DNA from: Euglena gracilis
Taxonomy: Eukaryota
Assembly: GCA_039621445.1 (NCBI GenBank)
Contig: CP154954.1
Span: forward strand, 31,582,012 to 31,646,011
DNA length: 64,000 nucleotides
Reading direction: 5' to 3'
The notes under the pieces: generated by a model
What the model was told of the DNA's origin: nothing
Databases searched by the model: none
What the model saw: only the letters and a program-made list of their open reading frames with translations
Program-made: the position numbers and the translations under genes
Shown here: piece after piece, positions 13,381-27,679 of the stretch
Numbering within the stretch: position 1 is the first letter of the stretch
Layout: each line of letters begins with the position of its first letter

Positions 13381-14645
13381 CCCTTTATCTACAATGCAAT
13401 GAGGCAAAGAGGCCGAAAATTTTTCTTCCCACAATTGACCTCCCCCAAAAGTGGGTCCCCCAGACCTACCGCCCCCCCCCCAAAACCCCCACCCACTCAG
13501 CCCAACCCCTTGGGGGGGGGGGGGGTATGGTGGATCCACCAACCCTCCCCCCATTTTCCCATGGCCCAACCTAAAAAAAAATATATAATTCCCTCCTCCA
13601 GCCACATATTCAGCCGCGAATTGGTCCAAACTGGGTAAGATTGGCCCCCAGTTTCGACTCTGCCATTTTGCCGGGGTAAAATTTTTGTTCAAAAAAAATA
13701 GATTTTTCGAAAATATTTCGAGAAAACGAACATCATTCCCGGAAGTGTCTGACTGACCATATGTACCCCTGGAGGCCCTCTATCACCCCCCTTGTCGGCG
13801 GCCATTTTGGCCGCCGACACGCCTGGTCCGTGTTCCGGAGCGCTTTTGTGGCCCAAAACGGCCATTTCGAGGTGTTTTTGGGCCATTTTCTTTGGGTCAA
13901 AAAAATCGATTTTTCCAAATATCTCGACAATGAAGCAAAATCAAAGAAAATGTCCGGAGAAAAAACAAAAAAGCCTTGGAATGCCCTATCCAACCGTGCT
14001 TTCCTTTTCCCCCAACTCTTCGTGTAGCCCAAGTAACGGCCATTTTTCGGCCAATTTTGGCCCATTTCTGAGGCACCTTGGGCTGTTTTCAAGGTCAAAA
14101 AAAAACCATGTTTCCAAAATGTTTCGGAAATGAAGCAAAATCAAGCGAAATGTCCGGAGACCTAAATTGAAGCCCTTGGAACGCCCTATCTAACACTAAT
14201 CTGATTTCCCCGCAACTCCCCGCCCAGCCCAAGTTACAGCCATATTTCGGCCAATTCTGGCCATTTTGTACATGCACAGTTTTGGCCCGTTTTCGGCCAT
14301 TTCGGGTCAACAAAAGTCGAAAAAATTGAGAAAAAAATGACATGAAACCATGTTGTTTGGCCTCCCGGAAAACTGTTCACGGGCCGAAAATGAGCGTTTT
14401 TTTGTCCCCGGCCCTGTTTTTGGACCGAAACCCACAGATTTTAGGTCATTTCTGGGTCAAAAAAGTTCCGGGCTGGGCCTGCCAAGCTGTGCCGGTACGC
14501 CAAGCCGCCGGCCGGGCCCGGGCCGGGACGTGCCGGGCCGCCGGGCTGGGCCAAGCCACCCTGGCTGCCACACGCCCCAACCACCTGCTGCTGCATGGCA
14601 CCATCGCATATGTAAAGAGCTCAGCACTACACAAAACCTGGTTAA
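13381..14645. repeat. Interspersed ~1.2-kb repeat family, copy 1
   Basis: Aligns with 16200-17850. Has internal subrepeats (AATGAAGCAAAATCAA..GCCCTATC) and ends near AGAGCTCAGCACTACACAAAACCTGGTTA. Confidence 0.85.
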
Positions 14646-16199
14646 ATGTAGGAAGGTCAACCAAGAAGTGCAGTTATGGTCATGAAGCCCAAAAATTTCC
14701 CCATTTTAGGTCATTTTAGGCCATTTTAGGCCATTTTAGGCCATTTCAGGCCATCTTGAGGTGGGCTTCTGAAAATAATAATTTTGCGTCATTTTTGTCC
14801 CGAAAACTGTACCATAACGTGTGCAAACCTTCTCTTATTCAATAATAAGAAATGCTAACCCAAAAAAAGCATGCAAAATTCATGAACACTGGATCAAAAC
14901 CATGGGAAGCTCAACAAATCTTAATTTCTACCCATAGAGGAATTCTGAACAGTAAGAGTGTACGGCAGTGAAATTTTTCAGGAAAAAAGGTTGGACAAAT
15001 ACTAAAAAATTTTATTTGCGCCCAAAGAAAGTGCCTGGTCTTTTTGTGTTTTGTGAAATCTACACCATTTTGCGGGATTTCGCAAAAAAAAACATTTTTT
15101 TCTGAAAGATGAAGCTGTTGCCGGGTGAAATTCAATGTGATTTTGGTATTGGTTTAGCCATTTAGTTTCGGCATAAATGAGAGAGGATGGCAGAGATCAA
15201 AGGGCAAAGCTGAGAGCAATTCCTCTTCTCCGTGATTGTTTTTCCCCTTTGGGGAAACTTAATACTAAAAAGAAAGCCCTCTGAACACGTTCATAAAAAG
15301 GAGAGAATCTCATTCATAAGTTGTTTGTGATTGTTTTTGGGTCATTTGATCATTCGGCGTGTTTTATTTGTGGTTTTGGAAAAACCCCAAAATTTAGCTG
15401 GTTTGTGATTTGAAGGAATCCCCGGCACCTGACGAATAAGCATGCACATCTTTCAATTAAGGTTTTTCCAACATCTTTCATCTTTTTCCCCCCTCTTTTT
15501 ACCCATGCTTCCAAATTTGCACTGTTTCATTATTTGTGAAACAGACATGAATATCACACCAAAAAAAGATGGGAGCAAGAAGAAATACAGCTGTCCAACC
15601 CTTCAAAATTCAGTTACCAAAAGCAGGTTGGGCACCGTGGATTTGGGGACTGATACTATTATGAGTTGGGATTAAAAAAAGGGCCTTGTGGGGCTGTGCT
15701 CCTTCACCAAATCCACTGTTTGCCGTCCACATTAACAAAGGACACCGAAATTCATTACCTGAATAGCTTCAGTTGTTCACAAAAAAATTATTGTGCAACA
15801 GAATGTTTCCCATTAGGCCATTTTAGGCCATTTTAGGCCATTTTAGGCGATTTTAGGGACCCCACCTATAGGGGGTCAAGTGAAAAAAATGACCCTTTTG
15901 GGGGGGTCCCGGGAACCCCCCGGTCGGTCCGGACCCCCCTGGCAGGTGGGGGGGGTGGTCCGGACCCCCCCCCTGCGGGCCAGGAGGAGGGGGGGGGGGG
16001 GGGGGGGGGGCACCCCCCCACCTAAACCATGTACGCCCTCCTTATGTCAAACCCTGCCCCTCCCCCCCCTGGGTAGGTGATAAAAACCACAGATTATCAC
16101 CATCATCCTGGCCCGGTTCCCAGAATTTTTTTTAGTCGCAGCGACTGGATCCCGAGTTTCCGAATGTTTGACCCCCAACTCCCCGCCAGGCCCGAGTTG

Positions 16200-16719
16200 T
16201 TCACCCTCGAATGGGTCCAAGCTGGGTGGGATTCGCTAACACCCCCCACAGTTTCAACTCTGTTAAAAGTTTCAACTCTACCATTTCGCCAGGGTGAGAT
16301 TTTCGGTCAAAAAAATAGATTTTTCGAAAATATCTCGAGAAAACACACATTATTTCCGGAAGTGTTGGTCTGGCCAAATGTACCCCCTGGAGGCCCTCTG
16401 TCATCCCCGGTTTGCCGTTTTGGGGGAGGTCAATTTTGGGAAGAAAAGTTTTCGGCCTCTCTGCCTCTTTGCACTAAAAATAAGGGAAACCCCCACCCAC
16501 TCAGCCCAACCCCTTGGGGGGGGGGGGGGGTATGGCGGACCCACCAACCCTCCCCCCATTTTCCCGTGGCCCAACCTGAAAAAATTATATATTATATTAT
16601 TATATATATATATAATGAGAATTATAAGAAAAATATTATCTATATTTATTAAGAATTAATATAGAATAAATAAAGAATAGAATTATTTTATTTATTATTT
16701 ATTAGAAATTAATAAGAAT

Positions 16720-16755
<36 letters not shown>

Positions 16756-17850
16756 ATTCCCTCCTCCAGCCACATATTCAGCCGCGAATGGGTCCAAACT
16801 GGGTAAGATTGGCCCCCAGTTTCGACTCTGCCATTTCTCCAGGGTAAAATTTTCGTTCAAAAAAATAGATTTTTCGAAAATATTTCGAGAAAACGAACAT
16901 CATTCCTGGAAATGTATGACTAACCAAATGTACCCCTGGAGGCCCTCTATCGCACCCCGTGTCGGCGGCCATTTTGGCCGCCGACACGCCGGAGTGCTTT
17001 TGTGGCCCAAAACGGCCATTTGGAGGTGTTTTTGGGCCATTTTCTTTGGGTTAAAAAATCGATTTTTCCAAAATATCTCGACAATGAAGCAAAATCAAAG
17101 AAAATGTCCGGAGAAAAAAAAAGAAGCCTTGGAATGCCCTATCCAACCGTGCTTTACTTTTCCCCAAACTCTTCGTGTAGCTCAAGTAACGGCCATTTTT
17201 CGGCAAATGTTGGCCCATTTAAGGGGTCATCTTGGGTTGTTTTCGGGGTCAAAACCCTGATTTTTTCAAAATATCTCGGAAATGAAGCAAAGAAAAATCA
17301 AAGGAAATGTCCGGAAATGTCTGAAATTGAAGCCCTTGGAACGCCCTATCTAACGGTGTTTTGATTTCCCCGTAACTCCCCGCCAGGCCCGAGATATGGC
17401 CGATTTACAGCCTAAAGCATCGTGGCAGGCTTCCGACTGTGCCATTTTCGGCCATGTCGAGGTCAAAAAGTCGAAAAAAAAAATGCCTGAAACCATGTTG
17501 TTTGGCCTCCCGGACCAGGAAAAACTGTTTTTGAGCCGAAAAATGAGCGTTTTTCGACCCCGGCCCCCCATTTTTGGCCAAAAAGCCATGCATTTTGTCC
17601 GGGCCGTGCACGCGTGTGCCAGGCTGCTGGGCTGCTGGCCAGGCCAGGCTGGGCCAGGCTGGGCCAGGCCGTGCTGTGCCATGCCGGGCCGCTGGGCCAG
17701 GCCGGGCCGTGTTGGGCCGCTGGGCCAGGCCAGCCCGCCGGGCCAGGCCGGGCTGCCGGGCCGCCGGGCCACCGACCCTCACCTCAAACATCTGCTGCAG
17801 CATGGCACCATCATACACGTAAAGAGCTCAGCACTACACAAAACCTGGTT
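16200..17850. repeat. Same family, copy 2, with AT microsatellite expansion (16585-16755)
   Basis: Direct homology to 13483-14645. Diverged partial copies occur near 23100-23460, 29440-29850, 32330-32700 and 37840-38030. Confidence 0.85.
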
Positions 17851-18837
17851 ATATTACATGACAAAATAAATGTGGTAATAACATAAATACAGAAATAACA
17901 CGTGTGTATTGTTTTCAGTGTGTGTTGTGGGTAGGAAGCAGGTGCGATCTTCCTTGATTTAAATCAGACCCCAACACCCTCAGATTGCCTTGAAACCCAG
18001 ACTGATCCCCACCCCTGTGTTATTTTCTTGCTGTGAGAAGGAAGAACTCTGACAATTCACAGTTCACACGTCCACATCACCACAAAAAAATTTGATGTCC
18101 GCAAGCAAACCTCAAAATTTTTTGGGAAATGCACATCAACTGCAAAATGGCCGCTACGGTGTGCATCACAAAAAAAAATTAATAAATATAAAGTCCAAAC
18201 CATTCACAAAATAGCCCAATGCTGTGGCATTATAAAATAACCCGCCCAAAAATAATATACACCCCCAAATAACATACACCCCAAATGAGATACTCCCCCC
18301 TGGCCGGGGACTTCGGCTGAGCAAATAAATTGAGTAAAGCAGAAAACGCAGTAAACGCAGAAAAGCAGAAAACACAGAATTTCTGTACAAAAGTAACACA
18401 CTTTGCCAAAAATGACTGGTACCAAAAAGCAACAGTTATGGTAACACCAACCTAAACATAGTGTCGAAAGGCAGCTTCCAACCATGCAACCCGCTGGTCG
18501 TCCAGTCGGATTGGGGGGGGGGGGTTGTATGGTGGGACCTGCTTTCAACTTTTCGGTCCCGCAGCACTGGGGAACCACGCGGTTTCTGGGCCACCGTCGG
18601 CGGATTTGGGGAGGGTTTCTACTTAATTTTAGGAATATGGTTAAGGTCAGGATCGAGGGACAAAGTTAAGCCAGAGGTTAGGTCCCTGTTTTGTAAGATT
18701 TTGAAACCTTATTTTGCCTTAAAAAAAAAATGCGCAAATTCGGCCGAAATACGGCCTAAATTCGTCCGAAAGGCGGCCTGACTTCTCCTTAACTTCCCAA
18801 AAATTGGAGCCCCCTGGCCTGCTGTCCTAACCCTAAC

Positions 18838-19125
18838 AAAGGATGGACATTGGATATCGGCCCATTTTGGGTTTATCGAAAACCTTGAATTTATCGGGTC
18901 CCAAAAAAATATCGTGAAATATCGACTTTATTGGGGGGGGGGGGGTGACGTACTTTTTTGTTGTATTTTGGGGCGATTCTGGGATTCTCCAAATCACAAA
19001 GTGAGGATATCGGGCAACAAAATGATCATATCGGTTTTATCGACTTTCATTGAGATATCAGGGTGTCAATTTATCCAAATTTATCAGGGCCCCTCCCCTA
19101 AAACCAATATCAATATACATCCTTG
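18838..19125. mobile_element. MITE with CAAGGATG-type TIR inserted in a CCCTAA tract
   Basis: AAAGGATGGACATTGGATAT vs reverse complement CAAGGATGTATATTGATAT; CCCTAAC on both flanks; related end at 53681. Confidence 0.6.
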
Positions 19126-22100
19126 CCCTAACCCTATCCCAATCAATATCCCCAAAACTTCCCGAAGGTCGGACCCGGGTCCCGCCATACGACCCTCCCC
19201 CATCCAATTGGATGACCTGTCGTATAGTTGTATAGTTGGGTCGTATAGTTGGGAGCTGCCAGTCAAAAATATGCAAATGCAGAAACCATGTGGGTATGCG
19301 CCTTTTGGGCGGGTCTGTTTGAGTTTGAAGGATTTGCCCAAATAATATGCCCCCCAAATAATATCCCCCTCCAGACCCCGACTTCGGCTACCAAAATAAT
19401 ATATCCCCCGGGTGTATCATTTGGGAGGGGGTTATGTTTAAACACCAGTGATGGCCAGGGGGGGAAATATGCGTAAAACCAGATACCAAAGTTTGCACAA
19501 AAATATGCACCAAAAAAAATGCGAAATATGCTCGAAGACATATGTGGGAAACAAAACAATTTTCTGGAACTGTGCCATTTTTGGCCATGTTCATGACCCC
19601 ACTTGGCAAACCATTTTGGGCCCATTTCCACTCATTATCCGCACAATCAGCCATTTACGGGCAATTTTCGACCAATTTCGAGCCATTCAAGGGTCATTAA
19701 ACGCCAACTTTGACAACCACTTGGCCATTTTTAGCCATTTTTAACCACCAAAAAAAAAAGCAAAAGTGGCCAATGGTGGTCAGAGATGGCTCAAAAATGG
19801 CCCATAGTGGCCAAAAGGGCCAAAATCGCCAAAAAAAAATGGCCGAAAATGGTCCCAGCGTGCAACAAATTGAGGCTGAAACCCCAGAAACGTGTGGTCA
19901 AAATATGCAAGAATGGGCAAATATGCAGGATTATCCTGAAAAATCTCAAACTTGCACTATATATGCACAAAATATATATAAAATGTGTGCTTTTTGGCCA
20001 AAATACGCACATGTAAATATCCGATTTGGGCAAAAAAAAAATCAAAATGACAGACAGTTTCTTTAAACAGGTCCAGAAACATTTGGGCTTTTTCACCACC
20101 CAAAATTTCCCTGACGTGTGCCCATCTCCCCTCCCCCCATAGGAAGGAATTTTACTGTTTGGATTTGCGAAAGTGCAAAGCAAATCTACAGACCCAAATG
20201 TGTGCGATGTGGTTGGCCCCTCGCACAGGAGAGATTGGAGGGCATGTTTTGCACATACTTCGCATATTTCGTGCGATTGAATGCCATTAATTGTTGATTC
20301 ACAGAGAGGTGCCAAAATTTTTCGTGCTGAAATATCATAACTTGTGATTTCATAACTGCCCAAATATTTCCAGGCCATTTCAAAAAATTTGGCCGAATTA
20401 TTTCCCAACAGCTTTGTCAACCGCATTTTTTTATGTGCCCAACCCTCCCAAATATGTTGGTGAGAATGTTGAAAAGCAAAAGGGCACATGCAATGCAAAC
20501 CTGATATAGGCCAGTTGATAGGCCTTTATAGGCAACCAAGAAATAGGTGTAGTCCGAGGGGATGGCAAAAGTTTGGCCCACAGCAGATGCGCATCCTCCG
20601 AGCCTGTAGCAATGCCGCAAGAGGGAATTTCATCAACCAAATGTCACCAAAAACGAAATTTCTGACAATTTTGGGAAAATTCATGTTGTAGGGAGTGTGC
20701 TGGGTAGCCTTGGGGCGTTGGGAATTCTTTGACCTGACAACCCCTCCCACAGCCGACCAAGCAAACCAGATCCTGCTGGCACGTGGTTTTTCACAAGTGG
20801 GTGGGGGTCACCAGCCACCAAAAGTTCCTTCTGAAAATGCAACAACACAAAGTTGCACCTCCTCAATTGGCACTAAGGTTACTAGTTTGCCGGGGAAAAG
20901 GAGACAGGCACATGGGGACTTGTGGTTAGTTAATTGACAGAAAGAACAAGGACAGAGTGCCTTCAACCTAAGTGTTGGACGATGCTGTTGTGGGCCCCAC
21001 CTTCCCCGGTATAGTCCCTGGTCGTGACACAAAGCATCGACCTGTCAACAGCTCGCGATGCGACCAGGGTTTTTTAAAGACCGGGGGAGGGGGGTCCCAC
21101 CCACCCACCCCTTGGGGGCCCCCCGAGGGGGGGTCCTGGGGACCCACTCACTTTTCCCCGCCAATGGCCAAAAAATAACAAAAAATGCCAAAAATAACAC
21201 ACACCTTTTTCAAAAAAATTTCGGCGCCGAAAAACATATCCCACTCCCCCCTGGGGGGACCCCCCCCCCAGGGGAGGGGGGGCTCGGCCGGACCCACCCA
21301 CCCCAGGAGGTCAGACTTGGTTTCCACAAGCAGCACATCATATGGTGGTGTTCACCGCCATCGGTTACAAAGCTTCCACCGGTGTGGCTGCTTCTGTGAC
21401 AACAAGATTGAACCACAAAGCTGTGTAGCTGCACACTGTTTTCTAAACCACAACCCAAATAACACACAAACCACAAGCCTCCAAGTTTTTGTGAGTGTTT
21501 GTTGAAGTTTTCCAGAAACGTTGCCAACTGCCCAGAAACTGGCTTTGTGTTGCTGTCAAAAACTCACGTGTACGTGATAAAAAACCATGGCGACTCGACA
21601 CCTCTATTTAAGAAGTTTTACCAGAGCTGGAGGGCTAACTCCACACCACGCCACACCATACCACACCTCCTCTCCAAATCATCCTCAGCAAGAAGAATGA
21701 TAGGTGTACATGAGGCAACACATTCCAAACTGTTCAGTGCCAGCTTCAAATTTACAAACAGGATGCGGCTGAGAACATATTGCACCATCGATCGGATGCA
21801 ACCTGCAGCAAGGGAGTGACAAAAAAAGGAAAGCAGAAACAACTTCAACGTTATGAATACATAACTTTCCGAAGATCTGACGAAAAAAAATGGGAAAGTT
21901 CTGACATGTGCTGATTATAATTATGATTATAATTAGTGTATATAATTACCATCACCATGATTGGTGAGTGTGGCCTCTATAAATGTCCATAAACAGGTAT
22001 AGGAAAAATTGGTTGACCTTGCAATCTTGGAGCCAAGTTTTGGCAAAAAAAACCAAATTTTCAGGGGCCAAATTGTAGGGTACAGAGGGGGAGCAAACTC

Positions 22101-24385
22101 CCTAAGTTGGCAACGTCCCGAGGGAGTAGGTATACCACACATATGGTTAGCAAAATTTCCCCAGTCAGGGCGTTCAGCAGCATGGCACCACAGCCAAATG
22201 CGGTGCTGTGGGAGGGGTGACACCAGGCCAAGCCACCCCATTTACGACCAACGCTGCAAATCTCTGCCCCCAGAAATCTCGAGGAACAGCAGCAAGAGTA
22301 CAGTGGAAGGCGCGGCATGTGCTCCGGAAGGCCAACAAGTCGGGCAGCGGGCAGCGGCAAGCATCTCCCCACCTCACCCCCATCCACGTCTGGTTTCCCC
22401 CTCCCCACTCCCAGCGTGTGTGGTTGTGTGGCACATCAACCAGGGGCCCTGGAGGAAATGCCTGGCCAGAACCGCAACACATGTGCCAAAGCGTCGTGGC
22501 TCAGGGGCAAAGGACTGTGCGGGGCCCCCTCAAAATCATCTGCGCCCACCTGCATGTGGGGGAGTACAAAGGACTTCAACGAAGTGAAAGGTTGCAAAAA
22601 AACCCACTTTTTCAATGACGGGTGTTATCCACTATTTGATTTGCTGGAAAATTTTGAGGCTCGTTCAAATTAGGGGAGGGGCATTATCAGAGGGAGGGTC
22701 GCTGAGCCCTGATTCCTCAAGAGAAAAGCAGATCATCACCACCAGAGATAACTGCAGATCATCAGCACAACCTTGGCCCCCTTTCCGGATTTTTTTTTCA
22801 ATCACAAACAACTGGATCTAAGCTCTCTGAAACCCTTCCATTTGATCACCACTCGCCACCAGGCCCGATTTATCCAGCCAACAAGGGGTCCAAAATGGGT
22901 AGGATTAGCCAACCCCACCCCTCCCCCATCAGTTGTAACTTCTGTATGTTGCCGAGGTAAGCTTTTGGTAAATAAAAAAATGATTTCCCCAAAACTTGGC
23001 CAGAACAAATGTATCTCTTGACACTCTATTCCCATTTTTGTGTGCTCCATTTTGACGTGGGCTGCCCACGCACCTGGTCCACATTGTGGCTCGTTTTTGT
23101 GAACCAAAATGTCTATCTTCTACTTCGGGTGTCCTTGGGCCGTTTTTTTTTGGATCATAAAATTGATTCTTTCAAAACATTGCGAAAGTGAAACATATCA
23201 AATGCAATGTCCGTAAAATCTAAAAAGTAGCCCTTGGAACGCCCTATTCAACCGGACCTTGCTTTTCCAAAAACTCCACGTGCAGCCCGAAGAATGACCA
23301 TTTTAGGGGGTATTTCGGGTCAAAATTTGATGCTTCCAAAATACCTCAGAAATGAAACAAAAAACAAAGGAAATGACTGGAGACTTAAAACGAAGCCCTG
23401 GGAACACCCTATCAAAAAGTATTTTGATATTCCTTTAACTCCAGCCAGAGTTATGGCCATTTAATATTTGAATGGCACCATGTATGTGCTTTATTTTGTT
23501 TTGATTTTCTATGTTTGAAATTTTAATTTTTATTGCTTGGTATTGCTTGTTTTCATTTTTTCTGTTTTATTTTTCACTGAAATATTGTCTCTTTTTTTCA
23601 TTTTCATTTTAATTAAATTTTTCATTCATATTATTTCACATATACATATATATGTATCATGTTATTATTTATTCTGATTTCCATTATCTTGTTATTTTTG
23701 CTCTTGTTCTATTCTTGTCAGTTTTCCATCTTCTTGTTCTTGCTGTTTTAAATTATTTTTAGTATGTTTTATTCTTTTGATGGTTTTTTTTAATTTTTAG
23801 ACTTTGGATTTTTGTATTCACTTTTCCACTTTTGCAACCTTCAAATTTTTGTATCGTCTTTATTTTCCTTTTTTACGTCATTTCAGGATTTGAATGGTGG
23901 TTGTACGTTAGACAGGTATCATTTGTCTGTCAATGATTTGACTGTTGCCCACCAGCGCAACCACCTTGTGTTGTGTTGTGTTGTGTTGCCTTCCATCATC
24001 AACCCAGATTGTTATTTGCATAAAAGGCTCAGCACTTATCGAAATCTTTTTGTTGTCAACAGGTCGGCGCTCCTTTATGGTGCTTTTTTCAAAACCATCA
24101 TCACCAAAAAAAAACACACATAAAAACCGACATAAAACAGATAACATAAAAAAAAGTCAATGGGGATGTGCAAGAGGTTGCCTCTGGGTCTGTCTACTTG
24201 TGCATCAAAAATAATAAATTGAATCCAGCAATCTAACAAACTCTCCCTGTTTGCCATTATCACAACCTCCCCACCAAGGGCCAGAGCCATAAATCCAAAC
24301 CAAACCAAACCAGAATCGGATTTTGAGAATTGCAGTGACAAAGTTGACTGTGTGACCAGAACCTTGGTTTCGGTGTATCCCCTTG

Positions 24386-25079
24386 CCGGGGGGGGGGATC
24401 TGACTGGGAACAATTGCCGACGGGAAAAATTCTGCCGGGAAAAAAATTGGACGAATCCTTAAAATGCCGGGAAAAATCCTGAACGCTCGCTTAAACCAGG
24501 TGGGAAAAAATATTGGACAGCTGAAAAAACCACAAAGGTTTTGCGCCGACCAGCAGTTGAACGAGAAAACATGGCTGCACCTGGTGAAATCAAACAGAAA
24601 GCGTACATTCCGCTGGGGTGATAAGACTGCCGTGTTGACAGACACGAAGCGGTTTCTGGCACACAACTTATGCACAGGGTCTCTTTGGGGTGGAGTGCAC
24701 GCTGTGGGCTAACGCACGCTTCAAAAGGGTTTGGGGCGGTTGGGAAGGACAGCTTCCTGGCAGGGTTGTTTTTTTTCTGTCCCTTGGGTTTTGATTGCAA
24801 GCAGACATAAAAAAACATGCAATTTACAAAATAAATTTGAAGAGCAGAGGCAGGAGGTACAACACCGATTCCAGGAAGAAGAATTCCTGCTGCAAATCGG
24901 CGCGCAGCGCCGAAGATTTTCTTTGGGGGAAAATCATTCACTGGAGGAAATTGGACTTTCCTTAAATCTGCCGGGAAAAATCCTGGACGGATCCTTAAAA
25001 AGGCGGGGAAAATCCTGGACAAAATTTCGTCCAGAACTTTTCCCACAACATTTTTCCCATACAAGTTCCCCCCCCCCGG
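24386..25079. mobile_element. ~700-bp element with CCG(G)n..(C)nCGG ends, copy 1 (TA-target type)
   Basis: Highly similar along its whole length to 30926-31630; right flank is TA. Confidence 0.85.
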
Positions 25080-25105
25080 TATTCCTGCACAGAGTTCTGG
25101 CACCT

Positions 25106-25575
25106 TGAGGAGAACATTGACTGCTTGGAACAGCGCCAAACAGAGCTCACGTGTGTGCACAGCAAAGCAATACAGGGGTGCAGTCTGTGTGGTGGCGCAC
25201 ACAGAACATCCAGGAACGTCCTCCGCCACTGCCAACCCATCGCCTGAAATAGGGGTCCAGCAAGGAAGAAAGCAACTTATTTTTCAAAATTTTCAGGAGT
25301 GATGACTTTTTGAACCAGCTTGAGTGATGACTTTTTGAACTGAGAAATATACGTGGCAGGCGGGTAGCAGGAGCCCCCTGGGGGGGGGGGGGGCTGCTAC
25401 CCACGACCATGCATCCTCCACATGCAGGGTCACATCTTCATGGATGACCCTTTCAGGTTGCTGCGGAAAAAAAAAGAGGGTCCTCCAGACACACACCGTG
25501 GGGATGACTTCCCAGAGTGCCCCCTCTGGCTGAACATCAAGGGGCACGTTCAGTGAGGGGCTTCATCTCAGCAGC
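25106..25575 (-). CDS. Candidate short exons of an unidentified gene
   Basis: Unique GC-balanced segments bounded by AG/GT sites, e.g. intron GTGTGTG..TTTTTCCGCAG. Peptides PLDVQPEGALWEVIPT, QPERVIHEDVTLHVEDA and DGLAVAEDVPGCSVC... One stop lies upstream in frame. Confidence 0.3.
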
Positions 25576-27478
25576 TGGTGCGGATAAAAAAAACCCAAAC
25601 GAACCAAATTCAAATACAAGCAAGCAAGCAAGCTTGTAAACAAACGAGATTGACAGCCAGACTGACCCACCCGGGGTTCCCCACGTGGGGCTGAGCTTGG
25701 GATGGGGTCCCGTCCAAGGTCAAAACTGGAAAAATGCCAAATAATCATCAATTTTCGCAAAACAAAAATTTTAATGCGAAGGTTTGAGCTGAGGAGTGCA
25801 TTCGATGTCCGATGTGGTCAGGTCTTTTTTGCTTTTCCCTTTTTGAAGCAAAGAAAATATGTTGTCATTTATACGACCTTTGGGAAGCTGGACAGGAATG
25901 AGTTCAGTGGAAAGGGGGTCCAGAGGGTAACAGGGGGTGGGGATAACGCAGGAGAATTTTTTCCAAATCATGCAAGATTATGCGGTAATTTATTATGCTG
26001 GATTGTGCGGAAAAAATCGGAGTAAAAATGAAAAAAATGGGTGTTATTTGCATTCATGCAAAGTCAAAGCCTGCAACTTTGGCCTGAAATGATGCCCAAA
26101 TACGTCCGACGTTGGCCCAGAAGAGCCCAAAAACAGCCCGATTCATCCAACGCTCATCATTATTCTTTCAGCAACATCCAACACTGAAATTAGCCCAAAA
26201 TGACACAAAATGGCTCCAAAATGAACCAGATTAACAAAAATTAGCCTAAAAAGGTGCTGAACCCCCAAAGAGATGTGACCTGTGCCTTATTATCGGATCT
26301 GTTGATGGAAATCTCCAAGGGTTAGGGGCTTATTTGGGGGGGTCCTGTTTTGGGATTTTTCTTTGACCGACCTTCTTCAGGTTCCCAAATACATACAAAT
26401 TTTTACAGCACTTTGCGCCATGTGAAACTGCTCTCTTATTGAGACTTCAAATGATTTTTGAGTCTAAAAGTGCCAAAAGTTTCAGCGATCACATCATTTT
26501 TGCACCAAAAAAGGGGTTGTCAGATATTTTCGCGGTTTCGGGTCGGGGGTGTCATTTTCGGATTTTTGGTTTGGTTGGCTCAGGGGGGTCATACTTTGGG
26601 GGTTTCATGGGGGAAGCATGTGCAAAAAAAACTAGAAAATAATATTGGACCATATATGGCACTCTCCTGGGCTTCAGGATCTCATGGTTTCCTCCCTTCC
26701 AGAATGACAAAGTGTTGTAGTAAACCCCCCAAAAACAAAAATAACAATAATAATATGATCATAAAGTAAAACACCCACAGGGATATATGGAAGCTAGGGA
26801 TTAAAAAAACTTCGGGGGGTAAACCTCCAACTCTAAACTGATGAGGGCTGAAAAAAATTCAAAGGGTGAAAAATTGCAGACAATGACATTTGAACTGTGG
26901 AAAATGCAAAAATAATGAGCAAACCTGAAAAATTTGAGTGGAAAAACAACATCTCCAAGGCAAGTGCCAGCGTGATTTTTGGCTTTCTTGAAGGAGGGGT
27001 GGGTACATCAGACCCCCCCCAAATCTGACATCTGGGAATGGTCTGCAGCAACCACATTGACCCTCTAGGAGGGGGGATTGAAACCCCTCCCCACAATCAC
27101 CTTCCTCAAAGAAAGGGCTTCCCAAACATCCTCCTGAGGACCAACTTTTGACTGCCCTAATAGTTCCTCCGCACCAAATGGGCCAAAGAAAACGAAAAAG
27201 AGTGTACAACAAATTGGAGAAAATAAAGAAAACCATGAAATAATAAAGGAAACAAAAGGAGCATTCATTGTGCAAGGGAGGGCCTTTTCTTTATTGAATT
27301 TTCCCAAAAAAAAACAAATTATGCGGGATTATGCGGTCCCCTGCTTGCAAGAAAGGTTGCCAGCTGGAAAAACGTTGCAAGCTGGCTGTACCCCATCCAC
27401 ACCCCCCTTCCGCAGGTGGTTCCCTTTGGTTTCAGTGGCCCTGGTGGGAACGAAAGGGAACGAAAAAAAAACCGGAAC

Positions 27479-27679
27479 CCAAAGCACTCGAAGCTCATCA
27501 CTGCCATGCACTGTGCTCTCAGCGAAGACCTCCACCCCTTTGCCCTCGCACAGAACGAGGCCAGGCAGTTGGGCGTGCACTTCTACCACGTCGCGGCCGG
27601 TGAACAGCAAGCAACTCTCATCCTGCACACTGAGCCAGCCAACTGGGGAGGTGAGGTACTCCAGGTTAGCGCAGCACTC
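27479..27679 (-). CDS. Candidate exon of an unidentified gene
   Basis: 201 nt open frame with acceptor TTTGCAG and high G1/GC3 codon bias (ECCANLEYLTSPVGW...ELRVLW). A 38-nt pyrimidine-rich GT..AG segment follows, but the downstream phase is unresolved. Confidence 0.4.
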
